A DNA stretch of 64,000 bases from an uncultured Elusimicrobia bacterium (GTDB taxonomy: Bacteria; Elusimicrobiota; Elusimicrobia; Elusimicrobiales; UBA9959). The number at the start of each line of letters is the position of its first letter. The first letter of the stretch is position 1. This document shows positions 53,845-63,791 of the stretch, one piece after another. Made by a program: the position numbers and the translations under genes. Location of the stretch: positions 12,412 to 76,411 of the forward strand of contig CAIRNJ010000060.1 of the NCBI GenBank assembly GCA_903879915.1. Direction: 5' to 3'. Under the pieces are notes generated by a model, which was given only the letters and a program-made list of their open reading frames with translations, ran no database searches and was not told the DNA's origin.

Positions 53845-54615
53845 CTACAGACCGGAGTTCAGGCAGCCGGCCGCCCGGCTCAGGCCGGAATTGAGCACCA
53901 GCCTTGCAGGAACAGCGCCGCCGGCAGGCTTTTTCAGCCCGCATATGCCGCGGTAGAGGGCGGAATTGTCGGAAAAAAGCGCGTTCCCGGAAACAAAAAG
54001 GCGCTCCTTGAGCACGCCCGCGGGGATCTCCGCCGCGGCCGCGCCGCGGCAGGGCATGCGGCAGGCGTCGTTGAACTTCCGGGTAAGATAGCAGATGCGG
54101 GAGAACGCGGAAAATTTGTACGGGTAGTGCAGGTTAAGCGCGGCTCCCGGGACCTTTGAGAACAGCCGGAACCCCTCCAGGTCGTCTATTTCAACGGCGC
54201 GCACGCCGCGGCCGAACAGCTGCTTAAAACCGGGCGAGGCGGCGAAAAATGACAGGTCGCCGGCCAGCACCCTGCCCAGGGAGATGCGCGGCGGCCGTTC
54301 TCCCCGGCGGCAAAGCCGGTCGAGCACCCCCAAATCGTTGACCACCAGCTCGCCGCGGGCTCCCCAGGATCTGACGAGCGGCACCAGCGCCATGAATTTT
54401 TCCAGCCATTTATCCGTCATCAGGGAGGACGCCAGCACTATGCGCCCGCGAAAGCCCGCGCGCAGCGCCCGGAGCCGGCCGGCGGACGGCAGCTTGACCT
54501 GGCAGAATTCATCCCCGGCGTAAACCGCCTGAAAACGGGACAAAAGGCCGAAGTCTGGATTTTCCAGTTCGCTCGCCGACAGGACTACCGCGTACTCTGT
54601 ACCGGGAGTTCTCAA
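53845..54615 (-). CDS. U32-family protein, UbiV-like (short form)
   Basis: AVYAGDEFCQVKLP near the N-terminus (compare the UbiV-type YLGE-x-VC), a TIM-like middle, and Cys cluster SRICYLTRKFNDACRMPC. Paralogue of 62996-63790. Overlaps the upstream U32 gene by 4 nt. Confidence 0.55.
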   Translation of the reverse strand: MRTPGTEYAVVLSASELENPDFGLLSRFQAVYAGDEFCQVKLPSAGRLRALRAGFRGRIVLASSLMTDKWLEKFMALVPLVRSWGARGELVVNDLGVLDRLCRRGERPPRISLGRVLAGDLSFFAASPGFKQLFGRGVRAVEIDDLEGFRLFSKVPGAALNLHYPYKFSAFSRICYLTRKFNDACRMPCRGAAAAEIPAGVLKERLFVSGNALFSDNSALYRGICGLKKPAGGAVPARLVLNSGLSRAAGCLNSGL

Positions 54616-55412
54616 GGGGCTTTCCTCCCCCCGGCGGCCAGCAGCTTTTTCCTGACGGTCGATAGCCGCAGCATCCCGCGCTTGTTGCGTTCGAAATCAT
54701 GGAACCGCCCGAGCTTGAAATAGCGGACCCCGAGCGCGTGGAACGCGGCGATATTGCGCACCAGCTCCGCCGCCGGCAGCTGCGTCAGGCGGAAACGGCC
54801 GCCGCGCGCGGGCAGGCTCCTCTGGCAGTTCAGATAGCCAGGCTCCTCCGTGCTTTCGATGTCGTGGTAGCGGCAGCTGCCGTCCACGTTGGCGCAATAG
54901 CCGTTTATCATGGCGAAAGCCTCGGTCTCCAGGCCGCGGCGGTTCTGCACTATGCCGCGCGCTTCCGACGGGAGGAGATGCTGCGGCAGGGTTATCCGGG
55001 AAATTCCCAGCCGGGCGTAAAATTCCATCGCGGCGCTGTTAAAACAATGCCCCAGCGTGCTGAGCACTAAATTCCCGGAAAAACCTCCGCCCCGGAGGAA
55101 CTTTATCAGGCCCGGGTCGCGGATTATAAGCCCCGCGCCCCCCGCTTTTACGAAGCGGCCCGCCGCGGCGGACAGCGGGGCGTATTCCTCCCGCGGGTAG
55201 ATCTCGTTCACGGCCAGGTAAAGCGGGCGCCCGGCGCCGGCGCAAAGGCGCAAAAGGGCGTCGGCGTCCTTTTCCAGGGAAAAGCTTAAAGAAGCCCGCC
55301 GGTGGTTGCGGAACCGCGCCAGCGCGAAATAAAGCTCGTCGGCGCCTTTGCGCAGGAACCACCGCGCCTCGTCGAGATTGGAAACGCCGGCCACTATTTT
55401 CATCTGGTCCAT
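54612..55412 (-). CDS. U32-family protein, UbiU-like
   Basis: MKIVAGVSNLDEARWFLRKGADELYFAL, LYLAVNE, IIRDPGLI, and ETEAFAMINGYCANVDGSCRYH, which fits the U32 signature E-x-F-x(n)-G-x-x-C-x4-G-x-C. Confidence 0.7.
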   Translation of the reverse strand: MDQMKIVAGVSNLDEARWFLRKGADELYFALARFRNHRRASLSFSLEKDADALLRLCAGAGRPLYLAVNEIYPREEYAPLSAAAGRFVKAGGAGLIIRDPGLIKFLRGGGFSGNLVLSTLGHCFNSAAMEFYARLGISRITLPQHLLPSEARGIVQNRRGLETEAFAMINGYCANVDGSCRYHDIESTEEPGYLNCQRSLPARGGRFRLTQLPAAELVRNIAAFHALGVRYFKLGRFHDFERNKRGMLRLSTVRKKLLAAGGRKAP

Positions 55413-55415
55413 CCG

Positions 55416-56822
55416 TCAGATCAGCCTGCCGTGCACGCCTATCATTATCCTCGAAGCGCCGGTTATCCCTTCGGCGGAATATTTAGGGTCCCGCATCTCT
55501 TTATAGCAGCGGGCGAAATCTTTTTCTTCGAAACCGTCCAGGCGCTTTATCAGGTACGGCGGGTTCCTGTCCCATTCCATGCCGAACTTCGCCGCGTCCT
55601 TCTCGAACTGCGTATTGGGGAAAACCGCCGTGTGAAAGACCTGTACCCCGGCGCGCAGCGGGTTGTTTACCCGGGGCAGCCGTACCCGGTCGCAGGCTTT
55701 GAGGCAGCCGCGCAGGCTTTTCAGGAAGCCTGCCGGCGTATCGCCTGGCAGGCCCAGCATCAGCTGGAACACCACGTTCGCTTTCGGCGCGTATTTTTTC
55801 ACCAGGGCCAGGCGTTTTTTCAGCTCGCCCGGGGGCAGCGGCGTTCTTCCGGCCAGCCTGAGCACCCTGCGGTCCAGGGACTGCACGCCGAAACAAAAAA
55901 GGAATTTTCCGTAATCCGCCGCCGCGGCCGTCGCCCGGTCCCAGTACCGGAGATCGCAGTGGATTATCCACCGCATGAACCTGCCTTCGGTACCGGAGCG
56001 GACGTACCGCAGCACTTCGCGCGCCCGCCGGCCCTGCATCAGCAGGTCCTGGTCGGTCACGAACACCCGGAAAATATTCCTGTCGTCCCGCTGCCCCACG
56101 TCCAGCGGGGCGCGCGCCGCCAGCCAATCCAGTTCGCTGCGCACCCGTTCCAGCGAAAAGGTCCTTACTCCGCCCCGGTTGGACCAGACGCAGTATTTGC
56201 ACCGGAACGGGCAGCCGCGCGAGGTTTCATGAACGAAATAGTGGTAATCCCCGGAGTCAAAAAGGCCCGCGAGATAAGGGGAAGGGATGATATCCAGGTT
56301 TTCAATTACCGGCCGCGGCGGGCCTTCTACCGGAAGCCCGTCCGCCAGCGCAACCGTCCCGGGGGTCCCGGCCCACGGCTTGCCCGCGAGAAAGCGCGAA
56401 AGGAGCTCGGTGAAGGTGAGCTCCCCCTCCCCCCGGACAAGAATATCGGCCAGCGAATCCTTCAGCACCGCGGCGCCCCGGGCCGTGGCGTCCGCGCCGC
56501 CGAGGATTATCCGGGTGGAGGGAGACGATCTCTTAAGTTCCCTGCAGAGGGAGATGACGGCCAGGGCGTTCCAGATATAGCAGGAAAAACCGACCACCCG
56601 GGGTTTGTCGCCGAGGATCGCGGCCGCGGCGGCCGCCGGGTCTTTCAAAGAAAGCTCTATGCCGCATTCCCGTATAGTCACGGCCGCGCGCTTTTTCAGA
56701 ACGGAATCCGCGTACGTCTTCAGGCAGCCCAGCGCCAGCGGGTTCCCGTAAATGACGGGGTCGGAAACGGAGACGAGCGTGACCTTGAGCGGTTTGGACG
56801 TTTTCATAACGCGGGCTGTCAA
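55416..56822 (-). CDS. B12-binding-domain radical SAM protein
   Basis: VVGFSCYIWN...IILGGADAT and HETSRGCPFRCKYCVW. Confidence 0.85.
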   Translation of the reverse strand: MTARVMKTSKPLKVTLVSVSDPVIYGNPLALGCLKTYADSVLKKRAAVTIRECGIELSLKDPAAAAAAILGDKPRVVGFSCYIWNALAVISLCRELKRSSPSTRIILGGADATARGAAVLKDSLADILVRGEGELTFTELLSRFLAGKPWAGTPGTVALADGLPVEGPPRPVIENLDIIPSPYLAGLFDSGDYHYFVHETSRGCPFRCKYCVWSNRGGVRTFSLERVRSELDWLAARAPLDVGQRDDRNIFRVFVTDQDLLMQGRRAREVLRYVRSGTEGRFMRWIIHCDLRYWDRATAAAADYGKFLFCFGVQSLDRRVLRLAGRTPLPPGELKKRLALVKKYAPKANVVFQLMLGLPGDTPAGFLKSLRGCLKACDRVRLPRVNNPLRAGVQVFHTAVFPNTQFEKDAAKFGMEWDRNPPYLIKRLDGFEEKDFARCYKEMRDPKYSAEGITGASRIMIGVHGRLI

Positions 56823-56850
56823 TATGATACTAAAAGCGCGGACTTTAAGG

Positions 56851-57522
56851 TCAGCGGCGGCCGGCCGCCCGCTGCAGCTGCCAGTGCTTAAGCCCCTCCT
56901 CCTTCAGGATAAGATCGTCCAGGCCGGCCATTCTCGCGTAAACCCCGGCCTCGGCCGCGGTCAGGGCGGCGCGCAAAGAATTGCGCAGCAGCTGCTGCTG
57001 GCGCGGCGTGTTCACACCGGCTATACGCCTGATATGCCCGTCCAGTTCGGCCAGCGTGCGGGGGCGGCGCAGGTCCCGCAGCAGGAGGCCGCCTCCGGGC
57101 CGGCACAGCCGGGCCGCTTCGCAAAACAGCGGGTAGGGGTCGGAGAAATGATGTACCAGGTTATTGCAGATCACAAGATCGAAAGAGCCGGCGGGCAGCT
57201 TCGTGCGCTTGGCGTCGCCGCGCAGCAGCGTTATCCGGCCGCCGAGCCGCGCCCGCGCTATGTTCTCCGCCGCCAGCCCGAGCATGGCCGGCGACAGTTC
57301 CACGGCAGTTATCTTCGCGCCTTTTATTCTCCGGCAGATGGCCAGCGGGATATCGCAGGGGCCCGCCCCGAGGTCTATCACGCTGCCGCCGCGGAAGCCC
57401 AGCTCGTCCGCCACAAGGTCCGCGAAGGCCGCGCTGACTTCGGCGCGGTCTATGGCCGCGTATTCCAGGGCGTCGGCCTCGGATTCTATAAGCTCGGGTT
57501 CAAGGACCCTTTTTAGTGTCAT
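56851..57522 (-). CDS. Class I SAM-dependent methyltransferase
   Basis: VIDLGAGPCDIPLAI (motif I), VICNNLVHHF, and RPGGGLLLRD. Confidence 0.8.
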   Translation of the reverse strand: MTLKRVLEPELIESEADALEYAAIDRAEVSAAFADLVADELGFRGGSVIDLGAGPCDIPLAICRRIKGAKITAVELSPAMLGLAAENIARARLGGRITLLRGDAKRTKLPAGSFDLVICNNLVHHFSDPYPLFCEAARLCRPGGGLLLRDLRRPRTLAELDGHIRRIAGVNTPRQQQLLRNSLRAALTAAEAGVYARMAGLDDLILKEEGLKHWQLQRAAGRR

Positions 57523-57636
57523 AAAGTACCGGGAAAGTAATTATACAAAATGAAAAAAACCGGCCGCCGCCGCGCCGTCAAAACAAAAAGTATTATAATG
57601 CATTAACCAGCTTTAACAACGGGGCGAAAAACTACC

Positions 57637-58680
57637 ATGACAGAGAACACGACTTCCTCTACCGGCTCAGCCCCCTGGCGGCTCGCCATCCTGCTTGTAC
57701 TGGAATGCGTTGTGCTGCTGGCCCTGGCCGAAGGCTACCTCGCCTGGTCCGGGCTGGACACGCGCATCCTGGGCGGATTGATCTACTTCCAGGGAGTCGA
57801 TGTGGAGGCGCACAGGCCTTCAGAGAACACCGTGCTGCATTACGAGCTTAACCCCGGGGCCTCAGTGGTCTTCGCCAGCACCAGGACGGTGACCGTCAAC
57901 GCCCTGGGCTTCCGCGATCCCCCCCGCGCCGCCGCCAAACCCGCGGGCGTAAAGCGGATAATCTGCCTGGGCAGCTCCAACACTTACGGCGCGCTGGTCA
58001 ACGGCGGCCAGACCTATCCCGCGCAGCTGGAGCGGCTGCTCAACGCCCGCGGGCGCGGCCGCTATGAGGCCTGGAACACCGGCACCTGCACCTACATGAT
58101 ACCGCAGAACCTGGAAATAGCCGCCAGGGCGCTGCGGGAGTACTCCCCCGACCTGCTGCTGTTCCAGTTGAACAATTCCGGCCGGCGGGCCTTCCTGCTC
58201 GGCAAACCTTTCAAACAGTATTTCGACCGCGACCCGGGCCTTTACCTGGAGAACCTGCGCTACGCCTGGCCGCGGCAGCTGAACTTCCTGCGCCGCTGGC
58301 GGCTCTTCCGGGCCGTGGTGTTCTATATGAACCGCGTCAGCCTGAACAAAAAAGACCCCGCCTATGACTGGAATAAAACCTCGGAGCTGCTGCCGTCCGA
58401 TGTAGCGGCGTTCAGGGAATTCTACGAGGCTAACAAGGCGAAAGTGCGCATGGCGGTGCTGGTGGTGCCCGTGCCGGGCAATAAACTGGAACACGCTTTC
58501 GACGGGACCGGAATTCCCGTTATCCGCCTGGCTGAAAAGCTGCCGGCGAAGCACGACCCCGAATTCGACAAGATACATCCGGCCGGCTACGTATATCGCT
58601 GGTACGCGGAGAAAATAGCGGCCGAGCTGCCGCGCCTGCTGCCCGGCGCTCCGGCCGGGCCCCGGGTAAAAACTGAATAA
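57637..58680 (+). CDS. Membrane-anchored SGNH/GDSL-like hydrolase or acyltransferase-family protein
   Basis: N-terminal TM segment, RIICLGSSNTYG (block I), and KIHPAGYVYRWYA (block V-like region). Confidence 0.5.
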   Translation: MTENTTSSTGSAPWRLAILLVLECVVLLALAEGYLAWSGLDTRILGGLIYFQGVDVEAHRPSENTVLHYELNPGASVVFASTRTVTVNALGFRDPPRAAAKPAGVKRIICLGSSNTYGALVNGGQTYPAQLERLLNARGRGRYEAWNTGTCTYMIPQNLEIAARALREYSPDLLLFQLNNSGRRAFLLGKPFKQYFDRDPGLYLENLRYAWPRQLNFLRRWRLFRAVVFYMNRVSLNKKDPAYDWNKTSELLPSDVAAFREFYEANKAKVRMAVLVVPVPGNKLEHAFDGTGIPVIRLAEKLPAKHDPEFDKIHPAGYVYRWYAEKIAAELPRLLPGAPAGPRVKTE

Positions 58681-60723
58681 TTATTTTTCCGCCGGCACGG
58701 CCAGCAGTTTGCCGGCTTCGGCGCGCTTCGGCCAGGAGGCCGGAGCGTTCTTGACCGTCCACAGTAAAGTTTCCCGCGCTTCCTCGCCGCGGCCCATGGC
58801 CATGAGCAATTTGTAGCTTTCGAAAGACGCGTCGCTGCCCAGCAGCCCCAGCGTGCCTTTTTTATCCTCGGCGCTGGCGCTGACCATATAGACCACGTCC
58901 TGGCAGGCCTGCAGCGCCTTTTCCGGGTCTTTCCCGGGCCCGGGCTTCATGCACTCTTCCATCCGCTCCTCAAGCCTGTCCTTCTGCACCGGGCTGACGG
59001 CCGCGGACTGCGCGCTGTACGCCGGGAAGGTCAGGTCAAGGCCGTAAGCCAGCCCCAGCGACACCGCTTCGCGGCGCAGGCCCGACCCCTGGAATTCTTT
59101 TTCCGCCTCTTTTTTCCGGCCCAGGCCGGCCAGCACCTGCGCGCGCTCGAGCATGAAAGTGCCCCTGCCGGGCGCCAGCGCCAGCGCCCTGTCGCACAGG
59201 GCCAATGCCCGGCCGTAATTCCCGGCGCGGCGCTCTACTTCGGCCAGGTGCGCCAGGAAAAGAGGGAACAGCTCCTTCAGCCGCATCGCCTTGCCCAGGG
59301 ACCAGAAATTGCGCAGTATCAGTTTATCCAGAGCTTCCGGCGAGCCGGCGGCCTCCTCCAGCAGGCCGGGAAGTTTTTTCCGGATAAAAGCGAGTTCGGC
59401 CAGCGAGCCTTCGTCGAAGGTGGAGTTCTGCTCGTCCAGCCAGGTAACCGCGTAGCTGAGCCGCTTCAGCGCGTCGTAGCGCGGCGTCTCCTGCCACCTG
59501 GAGCTGTCCGCCGACCTGAACTTCTCGAAACCTTTTATCCCGCAGGCCGAGGCCGAGCGGAAGATCTCGTCCCAGACCGCCTTGTTATAGGGCGGGCGCC
59601 AGTGCATGCCGTCCGTGAATTCTTCGAACCCCGGCAGCCCGCCGGCGGAAAAGCCGTAGAACAGCTTGTCCAGCCCGGCCACGCAGGCGTCTTCAGAAGC
59701 CGCCACCTTCCGGATAAGGGCGTTCCTGTCCGCGCTGGCGCGGCTCATATCCTCGTCGTAATCCACGGCCTTGCGCAGATAGGCCCCGGCCTCCGCGGCC
59801 TTGCCCAGCTTGACCAGCGTCTGCCCCATGTAGAAATTAAGGAAATGCTCCTGCGGGCGCTCCGCCAGGCCCACTTTGAACTTCGCGGCGGCGGCCTCGT
59901 ACTTCTTAGCGTAAAAATCAGCGTAGCCCGCCGCGAACCTGACGTTCTCCAGCGGCGCCTGCCGGCGCGAGGGCATGTCGGCCATATTGGCGGGCAGGGC
60001 GCAGAAAACGACGGGGACGCCCGCTTTCTTCGCCGCCGCCGCCATTTTCGCCAGCATGTCCCCGTGCATCTTAAGGTTGGCTTTTTTCCTGGCCTGCTGC
60101 GGGTTGTCCTTCAGCGCGTAATACCGCTCGAGCAGCCGGAACTCCCTGCGCCGCAGCTCGAAATCCAGCCCGGGGCAGTTCCGGTCCGTGGAGCCCTCGT
60201 TATTCCCGCTCAGCACCACGATCAGGTCGGGGCTGTAGGCCAGCACCTCTTTTAAGATGCCGTAGATCCTGTAGCTTTCGTAGCCGCTCATGCCGCAGTT
60301 CAGTATCTCTATGCCGGAGGAGGGCTTGCCGGAGATAAGGCCTTTTTTCGCCAGCTTCCGCAGCAGCCCGCCGCCGAAACTGTCGGTCTGAACGGCGGCA
60401 TAGCCGGGCCCGAGTATGGTAGCCACCGATTCGCCCAGCACGAATACCCTTTTAACTCCGGCGGGCTTGGGCATGGAGAACTGTTCCTGCATGGCCAGGC
60501 TTCTCTGCGCCCTGAACTCGCCTTTGCCCGGCGCCGTCTCCGCGAAGAATGGCTTTTTGAGATCTTCGCAGAAATAGCCGCTCTGGTCCTGCTTGCCGGG
60601 GTCCTGCACCTGCCCGTCCCGGCCGTCTCCGGGCCTGCCGCTGCCGCCCGACGGGCCGGGGCCGCCGCACGGCGCGGACAGGGCCAGGCAGAAGAATAAA
60701 TAAATAAAAATCAGCTTTGACAT
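58681..60723 (-). CDS. Exported SGNH-like domain plus TPR-repeat protein (paralogue of 14679-16508)
   Basis: Signal peptide, VFVLGESVATILG, and TPR helices. The C-terminus ESYKLLMAMGRGEEARETLLWTVKNAPASWP matches ESYKLLKALGRAEEARETLLWTIKTAPASWP in the paralogue. Confidence 0.55.
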   Translation of the reverse strand: MSKLIFIYLFFCLALSAPCGGPGPSGGSGRPGDGRDGQVQDPGKQDQSGYFCEDLKKPFFAETAPGKGEFRAQRSLAMQEQFSMPKPAGVKRVFVLGESVATILGPGYAAVQTDSFGGGLLRKLAKKGLISGKPSSGIEILNCGMSGYESYRIYGILKEVLAYSPDLIVVLSGNNEGSTDRNCPGLDFELRRREFRLLERYYALKDNPQQARKKANLKMHGDMLAKMAAAAKKAGVPVVFCALPANMADMPSRRQAPLENVRFAAGYADFYAKKYEAAAAKFKVGLAERPQEHFLNFYMGQTLVKLGKAAEAGAYLRKAVDYDEDMSRASADRNALIRKVAASEDACVAGLDKLFYGFSAGGLPGFEEFTDGMHWRPPYNKAVWDEIFRSASACGIKGFEKFRSADSSRWQETPRYDALKRLSYAVTWLDEQNSTFDEGSLAELAFIRKKLPGLLEEAAGSPEALDKLILRNFWSLGKAMRLKELFPLFLAHLAEVERRAGNYGRALALCDRALALAPGRGTFMLERAQVLAGLGRKKEAEKEFQGSGLRREAVSLGLAYGLDLTFPAYSAQSAAVSPVQKDRLEERMEECMKPGPGKDPEKALQACQDVVYMVSASAEDKKGTLGLLGSDASFESYKLLMAMGRGEEARETLLWTVKNAPASWPKRAEAGKLLAVPAEK

Positions 60724-60830
60724 AAACAGTTCCGGCGCGCAGCGCGCGCGTTTTCAATATTACCACTAAACTCCCCCGACGGGCAAATTTTTTCATCCCG
60801 TCAAAATGCTAAAATTTCAGCGAGCGCCCG

Positions 60831-62537
60831 ATGAATATTCTTGGAATTTCGGCTTATTATCACGATTCCTCCGCCTGCCTGGTTCAGGACGGCAGGATCG
60901 CCGCCGCCGCCCAGGAAGAGCGGTTCTCGCGCAAAAAAAATACCCCCGACTTCCCGCTGGCCGCCATCAATTACTGCCTGCAGGCCGGCGATATCACGGC
61001 CGACGACCTGGACTGCGTGGTCTTCTATGAAAAGCCTTTCCTTAAATTCTCCCGGGTACTGCTGGGCCACATCGGCGCCTGGCCGCGCTCGCTGGGCGGG
61101 TTCATGCGCTCCATGCCGCTCTGGCTCAGCGACCGCCTCACGGTGCCGCTGACGCTCAGGGACGGGCTCGGCTACCAGGGCAAGGTTTTTTTCGTAAGAC
61201 ACCACCTTTCCCACGCGGCCTCCTCCTTCCTGGCCTCCCCTTTCGACGAAGCCGCCATACTTACGGCCGACGCCGTAGGCGAATGGGCCACCACCTCCAG
61301 CGGCACCGGCAAAGGCAGCGCCATAACGCTGGACCGGGAAATAAATTTCCCGGATTCGCTGGGGCTGTTCTACACCGCGCTCACCACCTTCCTGGGCTAC
61401 GAGGCGCACGAAGGCGAAGGCAAGGTGATGGGCCTGGCCGGCTGCGGCAAGCCGGTCTTCATGGACGAATTCAAACGGCTCGCTGACGTGGCGGCGGACG
61501 GCAGCTACCGCCTCGACCAGTCCTACTTCTCTTTCTACGGCGGCGACCGGATGTACAGCCGCAAGATGGAGCGGTTGCTGGGCCCGGCGCGGAGGCCGGG
61601 CGGCCCGGTGGAAGGGCGGCACGCCGACATAGCGGCCAGCCTGCAGAAATTCACGGAAGATATCCTGGTAAAACTGGCCCGCGATCTCCACGCGCGCACC
61701 GGCCTGCAGAACCTGTGCCTCGGAGGCGGCGTGTTCCTTAACTGCGTGGCCAACCAGAAGATCCTTGAAAGCTCCGGCTTCAAGAACGTTTTCATACAGC
61801 CCGCGGCCGGGGACTGCGGCGGCGCGGTGGGCGCGGCGCTGTACGCCGCCAACAGCCTTTTCAACATCCCCCGGGCGCCCGCCATGGAACATCCCTGCCT
61901 GGGGCCTGAATTTTCGGAGCGGGCCATCGAGCGCGCCATATCGGCCTCGGGACTCGAGGCGAAAAAACTTCCCGACGCGGAACTGTTCGAACATACCGCG
62001 CGGCTGGTGGCGGCCGGCCTGGTGACCGGCTGGTTCCAGGGCAGGATGGAGCTGGGTCCGAGGGCGCTGGGCAACCGCACTATTTTGGGCGACCCCCGCA
62101 ACCCGGACATGAAGCGCCTGCTCAACGACAAAGTAAAACACAGGGAGCCGTTCAGGCCGTACGCGCCGGCCATCCTGGCGGAAAAGGCCGGGGACTATTT
62201 CGAGCTTTCCTGCCCCTCCCCTTTCATGCTGCTGGCCCCGGGCGTGCGCCCCGACAAAGCACCGTCCGTCCCGGCCGCCTGCCACGACGACGGCACGGCG
62301 CGCGTGCAGACGGTCTCGGAGCGCACCAACCCGCGCTTCTACTCCCTGATACGGGCTTTCGACCGGCTGACCGGCGTGCCGATAATACTCAACACCTCTT
62401 TCAACCGGCGCGGCGAGCCCATAGCCTGCGAACCCGCCGACGCGCTGAAGATCTACGCCGCTACGGAGATGGACGCGCTGGTGCTGGGCAATTTCGTGCT
62501 GGAGAAAGCACCGGCCGGGGCGGCGAACAATGGATAA
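60831..62537 (+). CDS. Carbamoyltransferase (NodU/CmcH family)
   Basis: MNILGISAYYHDSSACLVQDGRIAAAAQEERFSRKKNTPDFP is the hallmark N-terminus, and the length and C-terminal YrdC/Kae1-like layout also fit. Confidence 0.9.
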   Translation: MNILGISAYYHDSSACLVQDGRIAAAAQEERFSRKKNTPDFPLAAINYCLQAGDITADDLDCVVFYEKPFLKFSRVLLGHIGAWPRSLGGFMRSMPLWLSDRLTVPLTLRDGLGYQGKVFFVRHHLSHAASSFLASPFDEAAILTADAVGEWATTSSGTGKGSAITLDREINFPDSLGLFYTALTTFLGYEAHEGEGKVMGLAGCGKPVFMDEFKRLADVAADGSYRLDQSYFSFYGGDRMYSRKMERLLGPARRPGGPVEGRHADIAASLQKFTEDILVKLARDLHARTGLQNLCLGGGVFLNCVANQKILESSGFKNVFIQPAAGDCGGAVGAALYAANSLFNIPRAPAMEHPCLGPEFSERAIERAISASGLEAKKLPDAELFEHTARLVAAGLVTGWFQGRMELGPRALGNRTILGDPRNPDMKRLLNDKVKHREPFRPYAPAILAEKAGDYFELSCPSPFMLLAPGVRPDKAPSVPAACHDDGTARVQTVSERTNPRFYSLIRAFDRLTGVPIILNTSFNRRGEPIACEPADALKIYAATEMDALVLGNFVLEKAPAGAANNG

Positions 62538-62772
62538 GATAAAGAAATTCACCCGGGCCGTTTTTCTGGCGGTACAGCGCGTGCTGGTGCCCGCCTTCCT
62601 GTTCCTCGCCTATATTTTCGCGATAGGCGCCATGGCCGCGCTGGACAGGCTCTTCCGCTTCCAGCCGCGCCGCAGGACCGGGCAGAGCAGCTTCTGGCAG
62701 CCGGGAGAAAGCGTTTTCTCGGCCGACCTCGGAGAAAAGAAAGGCGCCGAAGACGCCCTTTCGCAATCGTAA
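62530..62772 (+). CDS. Small membrane protein, unknown
   Basis: 80 aa with one clear TM segment (VLVPAFLFLAYIFAIGAMAAL). Overlaps the carbamoyltransferase stop by 8 nt. Confidence 0.45.
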   Translation: MDKIKKFTRAVFLAVQRVLVPAFLFLAYIFAIGAMAALDRLFRFQPRRRTGQSSFWQPGESVFSADLGEKKGAEDALSQS

Positions 62773-62777
62773 GCCCT

Positions 62778-62939
62778 ATGAATAAATTAACGCTGATAAT
62801 GCGGGAAAGCCTGGCGCTGGTAAAAAAGCACAAGATCTATTTCCTGCTGCCGCTGCTGATCTCGCTGGCCCTGCTGGCCCTGCTGGCCTTCCACGTCGGG
62901 CCCGGCATAGTGGTTTCCTTCATCTACGCCGGGATCTGA
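62778..62939 (+). CDS. Small membrane protein resembling the DUF5989-type peptides found next to carbamoyltransferases
   Basis: Below the ORF-track size cut-off. Hand translation: MNKLTLIMRESLALVKKHKIYFLLPLLISLALLALLAFHVGPGIVVSFIYAGI (53 aa). Confidence 0.5.
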   Translation: MNKLTLIMRESLALVKKHKIYFLLPLLISLALLALLAFHVGPGIVVSFIYAGI

Positions 62940-62958
62940 GGGAGCTTCGCCCTTTCCA

Positions 62959-62996
62959 GCCGCCGCGCGCCTCAGGGCGCCGGCGGCTTTCCGTTT
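62959..62996 (+). terminator. Candidate intrinsic terminator between convergent genes
   Basis: GC-rich hairpin gccgccgcgcgcc-tcag-ggcgccggcggc (one bulge) followed by tttccgttt. Confidence 0.45.
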
Positions 62997-63790
62997 CAGG
63001 GCAGCGGGCAGTAGACCAGGCGGTCCACGCGCAGCAGTTCAAGCTCTTTTTCCGAAGAATAGAATTTGCCGGGGAACTCCATAAAAACGGTATTCCCCCG
63101 TATCAGCAGCTTTTCCTTCACCCAGGGATGGTCCACTTTAAAAGCGCAGGCGCGGCATTCGCGGCCGCAGTCTATGCCGCGCACCGAATCCCTGGGCTGG
63201 ATGTCCCGCAGCCCCACCAGGCAGGTGCGGGTGGTGGTAAGGTTGAGGTACGGGTAGTGCAGCGTGAAAGCGAAGCCTTCCGGTTCGAAGCCGCAGCCGC
63301 TCCGGCTGAAGTTAGTGCGCGGCATGGCGCCCGCGGCCGAGATCTCGTAGCGCCGGATGCCGCGCTCAAGGAAAAAATCCAGCGAGCGGCGGTTGAGCAG
63401 GGAAAGCGACCCGCTGTTCTGCTCGAAGACGTTGTAGGCGAACTGCCGCCCGGCGCCGAGTTTCACCGGCAGCTTCGCCCGGGCCGCCAGCGCCAGCGCG
63501 CCAAAATCGTTGATGGTTATCTCAAGCCGCCCGGCGTCGAGGCGCCCGGTCCTGAGCAGCCGGGCCAGCTCCCTGAAAATAGCGGCCAGGCTGGCCGCGC
63601 CTTTGTCGGTCAGCAGCGGCGTGAGCAGGCAGACTTTCTTCCCCAGCTTCTGAAAACGGACCAGCTCCGCGCAGACGGCGGTCTCCAGCAGGTTCTCGCA
63701 GAATTCCGGCCCCAGGTAAACCCAGTTAAAAAGGGCAGGCACGGCCTTAGCCCCGCCGCCGCCCAGTCTTATGCCGTGTTCTATGGCCAT
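62996..63790 (-). CDS. U32-family protein, UbiV-like (paralogue of 53845-54615)
   Basis: WVYLGPEFCENLL and LHYPYLNLTTTRTCLVG...IDCGRECRAC. Start moved to the ATG at 63788-63790 (MAIEHGIRL...). Confidence 0.55.
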   Translation of the reverse strand: MAIEHGIRLGGGGAKAVPALFNWVYLGPEFCENLLETAVCAELVRFQKLGKKVCLLTPLLTDKGAASLAAIFRELARLLRTGRLDAGRLEITINDFGALALAARAKLPVKLGAGRQFAYNVFEQNSGSLSLLNRRSLDFFLERGIRRYEISAAGAMPRTNFSRSGCGFEPEGFAFTLHYPYLNLTTTRTCLVGLRDIQPRDSVRGIDCGRECRACAFKVDHPWVKEKLLIRGNTVFMEFPGKFYSSEKELELLRVDRLVYCPLP

Positions 63791-63791
63791 G

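Noticed and set aside
57550-57606. 18-codon mini-ORF (MKKTGRRRAVKTKSIIMH) in the divergent spacer, considered as a leader peptide or precursor
   Set aside because: It has no convincing RBS and overlaps a TATAAT-like element that more plausibly serves the SGNH gene at 57637. It is too short to evaluate from sequence alone.
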